From: Vulcanimicrobiaceae bacterium
GTDB lineage: Bacteria; Vulcanimicrobiota; Vulcanimicrobiia; Vulcanimicrobiales; Vulcanimicrobiaceae
NCBI GenBank assembly: GCA_046262595.1
Contig: JBHEMM010000004.1
Location: 21,761-82,783 of the forward strand
DNA length: 61,023 bases
Direction: 5' to 3'
Made by a program: the position numbers and the translations under genes. Positions 48,679 to 58,497 of this stretch are shown one piece after another. Each line of letters opens with the position of its first letter. The stretch's first letter is position 1. The notes beneath the pieces are model-generated. The model searched no databases and was not told where the DNA came from. It saw only the letters and a list, made by a program, of their open reading frames with translations.

Positions 48679-49119
48679 TTAAGGCAAGCCGTGAAGAACG
48701 CTGCCGACGCGCAGCCCGTCCGCGCGCGCTTCGAACGCGGGTAACTCGATCACGTATTTCCCCTCGCCGCGCTCGAGCGGGATGTCGGTATCGGGCAGCC
48801 AGAGCGGAACAACCGGCACGCCGGAAAAAATCTTTCGCACCACGCCGCTGCGCGAAACGAAGATCATGTCGAGTGCGACCGGCGTATCTTTCATCCAAAA
48901 CGCAACGGGGCCGTCTTTTTCGAAGACGAACACCATACCGGTGCGCGGCGGCAGACGCATGACGCCCATCAGCCCGCGCTCACGCTGCGCCTCGCTGAAG
49001 GCGACTTGTAAATGCAGCGTCGCATGCGGCGCGCGCACGTCGATCGCGCGAAGGGACTGCGGCGTGGGAAGCGGCGCGGCGCTTTGAAGCGCAAAGCCCA
49101 GCATCAGAGCACTAATCAT
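48679..49119 (-). CDS. DUF192 family protein
   Basis: RERGLM, GMVFVF, FWMKDT..LDMIF, YVIEL. Confidence 0.92.
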   Translation of the reverse strand: MISALMLGFALQSAAPLPTPQSLRAIDVRAPHATLHLQVAFSEAQRERGLMGVMRLPPRTGMVFVFEKDGPVAFWMKDTPVALDMIFVSRSGVVRKIFSGVPVVPLWLPDTDIPLERGEGKYVIELPAFEARADGLRVGSVLHGLP

Positions 49120-51730
49120 CGGATGTTTCCTCCACGTCGTACCAGTTCGCGCCGGCTTTCGCGGTGACGGCAAGCGGAACGCTCAGCTGCACCACATTTT
49201 CCATCTCGGAGCGCACGAGCGTGACGAGATCGCGCAGTTCGTCCTGCGGCACTTCAAAGATCAGCTCGTCGTGAATCTGGAGCAGCATGCGCGCCCGCGC
49301 GCTCGCGCTTTGCATTTTCCGGGCGATCCGCACCATCGCGAGCTTCATGATGTCCGCCGCACTGCCTTGTAACGGAGCGTTGGTCGCTTCACGTTCCGCA
49401 GCCGAGCGCAGCATGTAGTTGCTGGAGCGCAGCGCCGGCATGTAGCGGCGGCGCCCAAGCAGCGTCGTCACGAACCCGTCCTCGCGTCCTTGGCGTATCA
49501 CACTCTCGATATATGCGCGCACGCTGGGAAAGCGCGCGAAGTAGGCTTGCGTCATCTCTCGCGCCTGTGCGCGGCCGATCTCCAAGCGCTGGGCGAGGCC
49601 GAAATCCGACATGCCGTACAGTAAGCCGAAATTAACCGATTTTGCCATGCGCCGCTGGTTGCCGTCCACGCGCTCGCCGGGCGGCACGCCGAAGATCTGC
49701 CGCGCCGTGAAGTCGTGAATGTCCTCGCCGTCCTCGAAAGCGCGGCGCATCGCCGCATCGCCGGAAAGGTGCGCCATGAGGCGCAATTCGATCTGGCTGT
49801 AATCCGCCGCGAGCAGCACGCAGCCCGGCGGAGCGACGAATGCCTTGCGGATCTTGCGGCCCAGATCGCTGCGCACCGGGATGTTCTGCAGATTCGGATT
49901 GCTCGAGGCCAGACGCCCGGTTGCAGTCGAGGTTTGATGAAAGATCGTCCGCAGGCGGCCGTCGCGTTTGTCCGCGAGGGCGGGAATGACGTCGATGTAC
50001 GTGTTCTTGAGCTTCGTGACTTCGCGGTATTCGAGCACGCGTGCGCAGATCGAATACTCTTGCGCGAGGCCCGCGAGAATCTCGACGCCGGTTGCGTATC
50101 CCGTTTTCGTTTTCTTGCCGCCCGGTATGCACAGCTTCCCGAACAGGATGTTGCCGAGCTGCTGCGGCGAGCCGATATTGAACTCCTCGCCGGCAAGGTC
50201 GTAGACTTCCTTTTGCAGACGCGCGATATCCGCGTCCACGCCGCGCGCAAGACCTTCCAGCTGCGTCGGATCGATCAGAACGCCGTTCCATTCGAGTTCG
50301 GCGAGCAGCCCGGCGAGCGGAACTTCGACGTCTTCATACAGGCGCAACTGATCGCGCGATTCAAGCTCGGGACGCACGGCCTGCACCAGCTGCAGCACGG
50401 CGTCCGCATGCGCGGCGACATCGTCGCCCGCAGAGAGCGCCAACCCTTCCTGAGCCGCTTCTTCGATTGCGCTGAAATCGCGCGAGGGGTTGAGCAGATG
50501 CGCGCCGACCATCGTATCGTCCGCAAAGCTGCGCGTTTCAAAGCCTTGCCCGTGCAGGACGTGCATCAGCTGCTTGACGTCGTGCGCCGCCAAGCGCTGC
50601 GCACTTGCGAACGCCGCGGCAAACGCCTCGCGCACGTGTTCGTGCGCGAGCGCGTGAACGGTGAAACTCAAGCCGGTTCCGCTGTGCGCGCTCACGCCGA
50701 TCTCTTCGTTCGTCCGCATCGCGAATGCGAGCCGTTCGGCCCCTTCAAGCGCGCGCAGCTCGTTGGCAAGCTCTGCAAACTCGGGCGGGTCCGTCGCAGG
50801 AAGATACGAACGGTAGCGCCCTTTGATCCGCTCTTGCGTTTCGAGCAGCGGCATCTCGAGCGGAACGTCGAGCTTATTGAGCAGCGTTTTGAACTCCAGC
50901 TCGCTATACAAGCGGTAAAGCTCGTCGTTGCCCGGCGGCGTGTATGCCGCGGCGTGCCAATCGATCGCAACGGCCAGGTTCGCGCGAGCCACGGAAACGT
51001 CGCGGCAGACCTGCGCCTGCGCTCCGTATTCGTGCACGAGTTTCTCCAGTTTCGGCGTGCCGGCGAGTGACGGATTCGCGACGAGGGCATCGAGCGAACC
51101 CGCCGCTTTGATCAATTTGATGGCCGTCTTCTCGCCGACGCCGGGAATGCCGGGAAGGTTGTCGGAGGGATCACCTTTGAGCCCGCGGTAGTCGGGCAGC
51201 TGCTTGGGCGTCAATCCGTCGTAGCGCGCGACCACCGCGTCCACGTCGTAGCGTCCCAGATCGGTTATCCCGCGGCGCGTCATGAGTATTCCCGTGTTGC
51301 GGTCCACGAGCTGGAGCAGATCCGTGTCGCCCGTGACGATCACCGTCTGTTCGCCGAGTTCTTCCGCCTGCCGCGCAAGCGTTGCGATCACGTCATCCGC
51401 CTCTTCGCCCTCCACTTCCAAAACCGGGATGCGGTTCACGTCCAGCACTTGCCGCACGAGCGCGAACTGCGGGCGCAAATCGTCGGGCATCTGATCGCGC
51501 TGGGCTTTATATTGCTGATAGAGCGCAACGCGGTGCGCGGGCAGGCCCTTGTCGAACGCCGCGATCACGTGCGTCGGGCGCTCCTCGCCGACTATTTTGT
51601 TGAGCATCATCGTAAAGCCGTACGCTGCGTTGATGGGAATGCCGCGCGTCGTGGTCAGCGGCGGCAAGGCGAAGAACGCGCGGTAAACCAAACCGTACGT
51701 ATCCAGAAGCATTAACTTTTTTGCGCTCAT
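49112..51730 (-). CDS. polA: DNA polymerase I
   Basis: 5' nuclease (EADD, GDPSDNLPG), TGRLASSNPNLQNIP, DYSQIELR, QIHDEL. Confidence 0.99.
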   Translation of the reverse strand: MSAKKLMLLDTYGLVYRAFFALPPLTTTRGIPINAAYGFTMMLNKIVGEERPTHVIAAFDKGLPAHRVALYQQYKAQRDQMPDDLRPQFALVRQVLDVNRIPVLEVEGEEADDVIATLARQAEELGEQTVIVTGDTDLLQLVDRNTGILMTRRGITDLGRYDVDAVVARYDGLTPKQLPDYRGLKGDPSDNLPGIPGVGEKTAIKLIKAAGSLDALVANPSLAGTPKLEKLVHEYGAQAQVCRDVSVARANLAVAIDWHAAAYTPPGNDELYRLYSELEFKTLLNKLDVPLEMPLLETQERIKGRYRSYLPATDPPEFAELANELRALEGAERLAFAMRTNEEIGVSAHSGTGLSFTVHALAHEHVREAFAAAFASAQRLAAHDVKQLMHVLHGQGFETRSFADDTMVGAHLLNPSRDFSAIEEAAQEGLALSAGDDVAAHADAVLQLVQAVRPELESRDQLRLYEDVEVPLAGLLAELEWNGVLIDPTQLEGLARGVDADIARLQKEVYDLAGEEFNIGSPQQLGNILFGKLCIPGGKKTKTGYATGVEILAGLAQEYSICARVLEYREVTKLKNTYIDVIPALADKRDGRLRTIFHQTSTATGRLASSNPNLQNIPVRSDLGRKIRKAFVAPPGCVLLAADYSQIELRLMAHLSGDAAMRRAFEDGEDIHDFTARQIFGVPPGERVDGNQRRMAKSVNFGLLYGMSDFGLAQRLEIGRAQAREMTQAYFARFPSVRAYIESVIRQGREDGFVTTLLGRRRYMPALRSSNYMLRSAAEREATNAPLQGSAADIMKLAMVRIARKMQSASARARMLLQIHDELIFEVPQDELRDLVTLVRSEMENVVQLSVPLAVTAKAGANWYDVEETSDD

Positions 51731-54120
51731 TGCACCGTCACATCGCCCGAGGCGGCAATGACGCGGCCGTCGTCACCGATCTCGAGCAGCGAGACCACGT
51801 ACTTGCCGGGCGTTAGCGGCGCTTGCAGCTGCACGCTCTCACCGGAATGGCGTTCGACATGCCAGTACACGCTTTGCGTGTCGGCTTGGGTCATGGTCAA
51901 ATCCGGCGGCGGTTCGCTGCGGCGTGCGAAGCTCTGCATCGCCGGATGGTCGCCCGTCGAATCGACCCAAGCATGCCACGATGCGCCGTCGATCGCGGTG
52001 TCCTGCGTTGCGGTGCTGCCGACGCTGAGCAGATCCGGCGCGCTGGAAAATAGCGCCGAGCCGGTAGGCTCGCTTTTCGTAATGCGCACCGCGAGTGTTC
52101 CGCTTCCGGCGCGCAGACCGTCGAGCCGCGCAAGCACGAGCGCGCCCGGCCCGTATGCGGCGCGATCGAAGAGCAGGGCGGCGATGAGCGGGCGTCCCGG
52201 AGCATCCAACGCAAGCGGCGCGCTTGCCCACTGCAGCGCACCGTCGCGCACGAATGCGCCGCCGACTGCAAGCGCGCCCGGCGCGTTGCTTAAGCGAAGC
52301 CGCAGCGATGCGGATCCATCCTCAACTGCGACGACGTGCGCTTGCGCTGACGCACCGCTTTCCAACGTGATCAACGCATCGCCGGAAGCGCCGGAAAGCG
52401 ACGCGTGCACGCGTGCCTCTTCGCCCGGAACATACCTTGCGCGATCCAAAACGATTGCCGCGTTTTGGTTTCCGGCGCCGCTCATCTGCATCGTGACCGG
52501 TTCCACTTGCAGTTCCGCCGCGTCCATCGCGTCCGCGCCCTGCAGCGAGGCGAGAATGAGGTTGGAGCCGGCTTCGGGTTCGGTGAAGGCACCGCGCCCG
52601 CGCCCGTTCTCATCGAGCACGATCTGTTGTTCTTGCACGGAAGCGCCGTGCATCAGCCGGACTTGCACGTGCGCGCCGGGCAGCGGTTTGCCGCCCGAAA
52701 CGTCGTTTGCAAAAACGCGAAACGATGCCGGCATGCCGCTGCCGATATCGGTGCGATCCAGTGCGAGGCGGATCGTTTGCGGCGAGGTGGGCACCACGAC
52801 GCGCGTGTCGGCCGTCGCCCCGCCGGCGGAAAGACGCACGCCGTACGTGGAGGGTAAGCCGTCGGTGGGGTGCGGAATCGCAATCGACGCCCGCCCGTCG
52901 GCGCCCGTGAGGACCGTAACGGCGTACCATTGCGCGATGCCCCACGGCGCCTGGGGCGTTTCATCGGCATAAACGTGGGGCGATCGGATGATCGAGGCGG
53001 ATACCGCAACGCCCGGCGCGGGAAGCGCGCCGCGCATGGCGCGCACGATCACCGGAACGTCGGCCGAGGCATCGCAGAACGTCTCGCACTGCACCGTCGC
53101 GGAAAGCGTAAGATTTCCGGCGTTGGCATCGACGTGCAGGCCCGTGGCGGCCGACGTACCGTTTACCGTAGCCATGATGACGTAATCGCCTGCAGCGCTG
53201 TTTTGCGGCACGCGCAGCACCGCTGAAAACGCGCCGGCCGCATCCAAACGTACGCTGCTCTGCACGAGCGTTCCGCGGTTCGAGCGCAGCGCAACCGCCG
53301 CACTTCCGCCGGCGGATCGCAGCGCCGGTCCGGAGCGCTTGCGAGCGAAACCGACGACATGCAGCACGTCACCCGCGTGCACGACGGCGGAATCGGTTTT
53401 TATGCCGACGATCGTGCGCGGCAGCGGCGCCTGCGGCAAAAAGGAGAGAAAGGTGCTGCTCGCGCCCCATTGTGCGAGCGCGAACACCGGGCGCGGCGAC
53501 GACTCCCAGACGACCACGCCGCTGCGATCGCTCGTGCGATCGACGAACCTGCCGTTCGCAATAAACGATACGCGCATGCCGGCAAGAGCTTTTCCCGTCG
53601 CTAAGTCGGCGCCGTACAGCACGATACCGCCCGGCGTCTCCTTACTGATCAGGCCCACGCGCGTGCGTTCGATCCACACCTGCTCGCCGACGTTGCCGCG
53701 GCGCGCTTCGACAACGAAAAATCCCTCGCGAGAGCCGAGCGGGACGGCGACGTCGCTGCTCTCGAAGCGGTAACCGCCGGCCGGCGTAAACGTCCATTGC
53801 GCGAGCGGTTTGCGTTTGCGCGTGTCGATGGAGCGGGGCCGCGTGTTCGCTCCAGCGCTGATCACCTCGGCAACGTCCGCTTGGTACAGCGTAAACTGCA
53901 CGGGTGCGCTCGTGTATGTGTCCAGCCGAACCGCAGCAGGTTTCCACGGGACGCTCGTGTCGCGCGCGTACAGCGCAAAATAGGCATCGAGCCGATGGTA
54001 ATCGAGCAGAGGACGGGCCGCGAACGCCGGCGCGTGCACGAGAGCAAGCGCGGCTGCAAGCCCGGCTATAAACGTACGCCGGAGCACGGTAAACGCGCGT
54101 TCGACGGCAGGGCGGTCCAC
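51727..54120 (-). CDS. Alpha-2-macroglobulin-like MG-domain protein lacking the thioester region
   Basis: Repeated MG-type motifs TDSAVVHAGD, LDRARYVPGE, FDRAAYGPG; RRTFI signal; no CxEQ. Confidence 0.65.
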   Translation of the reverse strand: MDRPAVERAFTVLRRTFIAGLAAALALVHAPAFAARPLLDYHRLDAYFALYARDTSVPWKPAAVRLDTYTSAPVQFTLYQADVAEVISAGANTRPRSIDTRKRKPLAQWTFTPAGGYRFESSDVAVPLGSREGFFVVEARRGNVGEQVWIERTRVGLISKETPGGIVLYGADLATGKALAGMRVSFIANGRFVDRTSDRSGVVVWESSPRPVFALAQWGASSTFLSFLPQAPLPRTIVGIKTDSAVVHAGDVLHVVGFARKRSGPALRSAGGSAAVALRSNRGTLVQSSVRLDAAGAFSAVLRVPQNSAAGDYVIMATVNGTSAATGLHVDANAGNLTLSATVQCETFCDASADVPVIVRAMRGALPAPGVAVSASIIRSPHVYADETPQAPWGIAQWYAVTVLTGADGRASIAIPHPTDGLPSTYGVRLSAGGATADTRVVVPTSPQTIRLALDRTDIGSGMPASFRVFANDVSGGKPLPGAHVQVRLMHGASVQEQQIVLDENGRGRGAFTEPEAGSNLILASLQGADAMDAAELQVEPVTMQMSGAGNQNAAIVLDRARYVPGEEARVHASLSGASGDALITLESGASAQAHVVAVEDGSASLRLRLSNAPGALAVGGAFVRDGALQWASAPLALDAPGRPLIAALLFDRAAYGPGALVLARLDGLRAGSGTLAVRITKSEPTGSALFSSAPDLLSVGSTATQDTAIDGASWHAWVDSTGDHPAMQSFARRSEPPPDLTMTQADTQSVYWHVERHSGESVQLQAPLTPGKYVVSLLEIGDDGRVIAASGDVTVQ

Positions 54121-54181
54121 GGCCTCCAGCGTACGACGGCTGCGTGGAACGATTTAGCGGCGTCTTCTCGTACCTAGAAGC

Positions 54182-54703
54182 GTGATGATCAAGCTTTTCT
54201 GCGCGGCCGGTCTCGCGCTTGCACTGCTCGGCGCAAGCCCCGCTCCGGCGCCCTTCGCCGCCCCGCCGGCCCTACCGTCAAAACCGCTGCACGCACGCTA
54301 TTCAGTCGAAGTGAACCGCTTAGGTCAGGTGGTTCGTGTCGAGCACGGCACGCTTTCCGGCAACCAGGCTTTCGATACAATGACGCTGGGCAACGCCATG
54401 CAGATGTGGATCCGCCGTGCCAACGGCACCGCAACGGCGGGATTGTATGCGGTGCGGTACGACTACGATGCGCGGACGAAGAAACTTCTGCGCGTTCCTT
54501 CCTTGATTTCCGCCGGAGGCACGTGGGCCGGCAAGCCCGGCGCGGCCACGCTCATCGTCAAGGAAGCCAAGCGCCAAACGATTGAAGCGTACACGCGCCT
54601 GCGCGCCGAGCAGCAAAAAGCGGATCGCGAGCGCGCCAAGCACTTGCCCGACATCAACGCCGCCGTTAAGCGCGCCGTCGCGTCGCCCTCGCCCAAACCG
54701 TAA
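54182..54703 (+). CDS. Secreted hypothetical protein with a TonB C-terminal-like segment
   Basis: Signal peptide; VEVNRLGQVVRVE...SGNQAFD...AMQMW. Confidence 0.6.
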   Translation: MMIKLFCAAGLALALLGASPAPAPFAAPPALPSKPLHARYSVEVNRLGQVVRVEHGTLSGNQAFDTMTLGNAMQMWIRRANGTATAGLYAVRYDYDARTKKLLRVPSLISAGGTWAGKPGAATLIVKEAKRQTIEAYTRLRAEQQKADRERAKHLPDINAAVKRAVASPSPKP

Positions 54704-54706
54704 CGC

Positions 54707-55549
54707 GTGCGGTACGTCAGCTTCTACCGGGACGGTGCGATGCGCCCCGGCCGGATAGAAGATGAACACATCGTCCCGATCGCTTGCGCGACGCTTCTGG
54801 AGTACATCGAGCTGCCGGCGAGCCAGCGCGCTGAGCGCGCTGCCGGCACGCCGCTCGCGCTGGACAGTGTGACACTCGGCGCGCCGCTGCGGCCGCGCAA
54901 AAATGTGTTCTGCGTCGGCCGCAACTATTTAGAGCACGCGAAGGAAGGCGCGCGCGCCTCCGGACGCGAGCTCAAGCTTCCCGACGTGCCGACCTTCTTT
55001 TCCAAGGCGCCCACCGCGATTGCGGACCCCGACACGGCGCTCGAATTCGATGCCGCCGTCTCGCATGAGTACGATTGGGAAGGCGAGCTCGCCGTCATCA
55101 TCGGCGAACGCATCAAAAACGCTTCGGAATCAGAAGCGATGCGGGCGGTGTTCGGATACACGTGCTTGAACGACATCACGGCGCGCGATCTGCAGCGCAC
55201 GCACCTGCAGTGGCTCAAAGGCAAGAGCCTGGACAACAGCTGCCCGATGGGACCGTGGATCGCCGGAACCGACGAGATCGACGATCCGCACCGTCTGCAC
55301 ATCACGACGCGCGTGAACCGCGCGCGTAAACAAGATTCCAATACGGGGCAGATGATTTTTAGCGTGACGCGGATTATCGCGGAGCTCAGCAAAGGCATGA
55401 CGCTCGAACCGGGCGACATCATCGCAACGGGCACGCCCGACGGCGTGGGCTTTGCGCGCACGCCGCCGGAGTTTTTCCAAGACGGCGACGTCGTCGAGGT
55501 CGAAATTCAAAAGATCGGCACGTTGCGCAACACGATTCGCATCCGATAA
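54707..55549 (+). CDS. Fumarylacetoacetate hydrolase family protein
   Basis: CVGRNY, DWEGEL, NDITARDLQ, GDIIATGTP. Confidence 0.95.
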   Translation: MRYVSFYRDGAMRPGRIEDEHIVPIACATLLEYIELPASQRAERAAGTPLALDSVTLGAPLRPRKNVFCVGRNYLEHAKEGARASGRELKLPDVPTFFSKAPTAIADPDTALEFDAAVSHEYDWEGELAVIIGERIKNASESEAMRAVFGYTCLNDITARDLQRTHLQWLKGKSLDNSCPMGPWIAGTDEIDDPHRLHITTRVNRARKQDSNTGQMIFSVTRIIAELSKGMTLEPGDIIATGTPDGVGFARTPPEFFQDGDVVEVEIQKIGTLRNTIRIR

Positions 55550-55589
55550 AGGTCGCAGGGTTCGTACTCCCCGCGCGGAACCTGCGGGC

Positions 55590-56735
55590 ATGAATCTGGC
55601 GGTACCGCGTGAAGCAGCGCCCGGTGAAAACCGCGTAGCGCTCGTGCCCGAAACGGTCGCGAAACTGAGCAAGGCCGGCGTGTCGGTGAAAGTCGCGCGC
55701 GGCGCCGGCTCGCGCGCAGCGTTCTTAGACGATCACTATACCCGTGCGGGCGCGGCGATCGTCGACGATGAAGCGGCGCTCCTCTCGGATGCCGATGCCG
55801 TCGTTACCGTGGGCCGTCCGGGCGAGGCGGCGCTGATGGCAATGCCCAAACGCGCGGTTTTGGTCGGCTTGCTCGCGCCGCTGGGCGACCCGGAGTACGT
55901 AAAACGCTTAGCGGACGCCGGTATCACCGCTCTTTCCATGGATGCAATCCCGCGCATCACACGCGCGCAGTCGATGGACGCGCTCAGTTCGCAAAGCAAT
56001 ATCGCCGGCTACAAAGCCGTGTTGATTGCGGCCTCGGCCTTACCGAAGTTTTTTCCGATGCTCACAACCGCCGCCGGAACGATACCGCCGGCCAAAGTTC
56101 TGATCTTAGGCGCCGGCGTTGCCGGGCTGCAAGCCATCGCGACGGCGCGCAGGTTAGGCGCCGTCGTCAGCGCGTACGACACGCGCGCGATCGTCAAAGA
56201 GCAGGTGCAGAGTTTGGGCGCGGCGTTTCTCGAGATCGATCTCGGCGTGGACGCGCAGGCGGCGGGCGGTTACGCGCAAGAGCTCACGCCCGAACAGATC
56301 GCCAAGCAGCGGCAGTTCATGGTCGACGCGATCGGCGCATCCGACGTCGTCGTCACGACAGCGCTGGTGCCGGGCCGCCGTGCCCCGGTGCTGATCACGA
56401 AAGAGGCGGTCACGGCCATGCACGCCGGTGCGGTGATCGTCGATCTCGCGGCTGAGGCGGGCGGGAATTGCGAGCTGACCGAGCGCGACCGCACGGTGGT
56501 CTCGCCGAACGGCGTGCAGATTATCGGGCAAACGAATCTCGCCTCGACGATGCCGTACCACGCGTCCCAGTTGTATTCGCGAAACGTGCAGGCGCTGCTG
56601 TCGAACATGCTCAAGGACGGCACGCTCGTGCTCGATATGGAGGATGAAATCACGCGCGGCACGACGATCGTGCACGGCGGCGAGATCGTGCACAAGCCAA
56701 CGATCGACGCGCTTGCAGCGGGCGCCCTCAGTTGA
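55590..56735 (+). CDS. pntAA: NAD(P) transhydrogenase alpha subunit, part 1 (dI)
   Basis: RITRAQSMDALSSQ, GAGVAGLQA, TTALVPG, GGNCE. Confidence 0.97.
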   Translation: MNLAVPREAAPGENRVALVPETVAKLSKAGVSVKVARGAGSRAAFLDDHYTRAGAAIVDDEAALLSDADAVVTVGRPGEAALMAMPKRAVLVGLLAPLGDPEYVKRLADAGITALSMDAIPRITRAQSMDALSSQSNIAGYKAVLIAASALPKFFPMLTTAAGTIPPAKVLILGAGVAGLQAIATARRLGAVVSAYDTRAIVKEQVQSLGAAFLEIDLGVDAQAAGGYAQELTPEQIAKQRQFMVDAIGASDVVVTTALVPGRRAPVLITKEAVTAMHAGAVIVDLAAEAGGNCELTERDRTVVSPNGVQIIGQTNLASTMPYHASQLYSRNVQALLSNMLKDGTLVLDMEDEITRGTTIVHGGEIVHKPTIDALAAGALS

Positions 56736-57058
56736 GCACGATGCAGTTCGTCCACGATCTGTTCGGCATGCTGCTGGTGTTCGCGCTGGCGATCTTCGTC
56801 GGCTTCGAAGTGATCTCTAAGGTTCCGGCGACGCTGCATACGCCGCTCATGTCCGCAACGAACGCCATTCACGGCGTCGTCCTCGTCGGCGCGATCTTCG
56901 TTGTGGCAACGGTGTTCGGTGCGCATCTGAGCGGGCCGCTGATGACGACGCTTGCGATTTTGGCCGTGACGCTGGGGACGATCAATGTCGTCGGCGGGTT
57001 CGCGGTGACGGAACGGATGCTGCAGATGTTCAAGAAGAAGGAGCCCTCGAAGAAGTGA
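56732..57058 (+). CDS. pntAB: NAD(P) transhydrogenase alpha subunit, part 2
   Basis: LHTPLMSATNAIHG, NVVGGFAVTERML. Confidence 0.96.
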   Translation: MSTMQFVHDLFGMLLVFALAIFVGFEVISKVPATLHTPLMSATNAIHGVVLVGAIFVVATVFGAHLSGPLMTTLAILAVTLGTINVVGGFAVTERMLQMFKKKEPSKK

Positions 57059-58494
57059 CCGAGCCCAGTTCGTATCTGCTCGCGCGCGAAATATTCTTTT
57101 ACGCGGCGACGCTGACGGCGGTCGCGCTCTTCATCGTCGGGCTGAAAAAATTAGGTTCGCCCGCGAGCGCGCGCGCCGGCAACCGCTACGCAGCCGTCGG
57201 CATGCTGCTCGCCATCGCCGCTTCAATCTGGGAGATCGACGGCATCGGCTGGTGGGCGATTCTTATCGGCATGGTGATCGGCGGCGCCATCGGATTGTAC
57301 TCGGCGCTCAAAGTGAAGATGACGGCGATGCCGCAGATGGTGGCATTATTCAACGGCGCCGGCGGCGGTGCCGCCGCGCTCATTTCGACGGCCGAGTTTT
57401 TGGCCAACGAGTACGCGCACGGTTCGACCGGCGTGCCCTCGTTCAATCTGCTCGTCGTCGTTTCGCTCGTTATCTCCGGAATTATCGGCGCGGTGAGCTT
57501 CGCCGGCTCCATCATCGCATTTCTGAAACTGCAGGAATGGATGACCGGACGTCCGGTGACGTACAAGGGCCAGCAGGCGGTAAACGCGCTGCTGGGCCTG
57601 ACGATCTGCGCGATCGCGCTGGTGATCATGGCGGCGACGGGCGAGGTGCAGTGGTATTGGTTCGCCGGAATGATGCTCGGCGCGCTCGCGTTCGGCGTGC
57701 TGTTCGTGCTGCCGATCGGCGGCGCCGACATGCCGGTGGTTATCTCGCTGCTCAACTCGTTTACCGGCGTCGCAGTAGCGATTGCCGGCTTTGAACTCAA
57801 CGACGAGCTGCTCATCGTGAGCGGCACGCTCGTTGGCGCATCCGGAACACTGCTGACGATCATGATGGGTAAAGCGATGAACCGCCCGTTGAGCAACGTG
57901 CTGTTCGGCGCGTTCGGCGCGGCGGGCGGCACGGAAGTAGCGTCGTCATCGGGCGCTCCGCAAAACGTTCGCGCGGTAAGTGTCGACGACGTGGCGATTA
58001 TGCTGGCCTACGCGCATCAAGTGATCGTCGTGCCGGGCTACGGTATGGCCGTCGCCCAAGCGCAGCACAGCGTGCGTGAGCTGGCCGACCAGCTCGAAAA
58101 AAAAGGCGTCGCCGTCAAGTATGCGATTCACCCGGTGGCGGGCCGCATGCCCGGCCACATGAATGTGCTGCTCGCCGAGGCCAACGTTCCGTACAATCAG
58201 CTCTACGACATGGACGACGTCAATCCGGAGTTTGCGCGCACCGACGTCGCCCTTGTGATCGGCGCGAACGACGTCACGAATCCCGCCGCTCGCAACGTCA
58301 CTTCATCGCCTATCTACGGCATGCCGATTCTCGACGTCGATAAAGCCGCGAACGTCGTCGTGCTCAAGCGATCGATGCGCTCGGGCTTCGCCGGCATCGA
58401 AAATCCGCTGTATGAAGATCCGAAGACCGGCATGCTGTTCGGCGATGCAAAAACGAGCGTGAACGGTTTGGTTGCGGCCGTTAAAGCGCTGTAG
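57055..58494 (+). CDS. pntB: NAD(P) transhydrogenase beta subunit
   Basis: MTAMPQMVA, IGGADMP, HPVAGRMPGHMN, GANDVTNP. Confidence 0.98.
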   Translation: MTEPSSYLLAREIFFYAATLTAVALFIVGLKKLGSPASARAGNRYAAVGMLLAIAASIWEIDGIGWWAILIGMVIGGAIGLYSALKVKMTAMPQMVALFNGAGGGAAALISTAEFLANEYAHGSTGVPSFNLLVVVSLVISGIIGAVSFAGSIIAFLKLQEWMTGRPVTYKGQQAVNALLGLTICAIALVIMAATGEVQWYWFAGMMLGALAFGVLFVLPIGGADMPVVISLLNSFTGVAVAIAGFELNDELLIVSGTLVGASGTLLTIMMGKAMNRPLSNVLFGAFGAAGGTEVASSSGAPQNVRAVSVDDVAIMLAYAHQVIVVPGYGMAVAQAQHSVRELADQLEKKGVAVKYAIHPVAGRMPGHMNVLLAEANVPYNQLYDMDDVNPEFARTDVALVIGANDVTNPAARNVTSSPIYGMPILDVDKAANVVVLKRSMRSGFAGIENPLYEDPKTGMLFGDAKTSVNGLVAAVKAL

Positions 58495-58497
58495 ATA

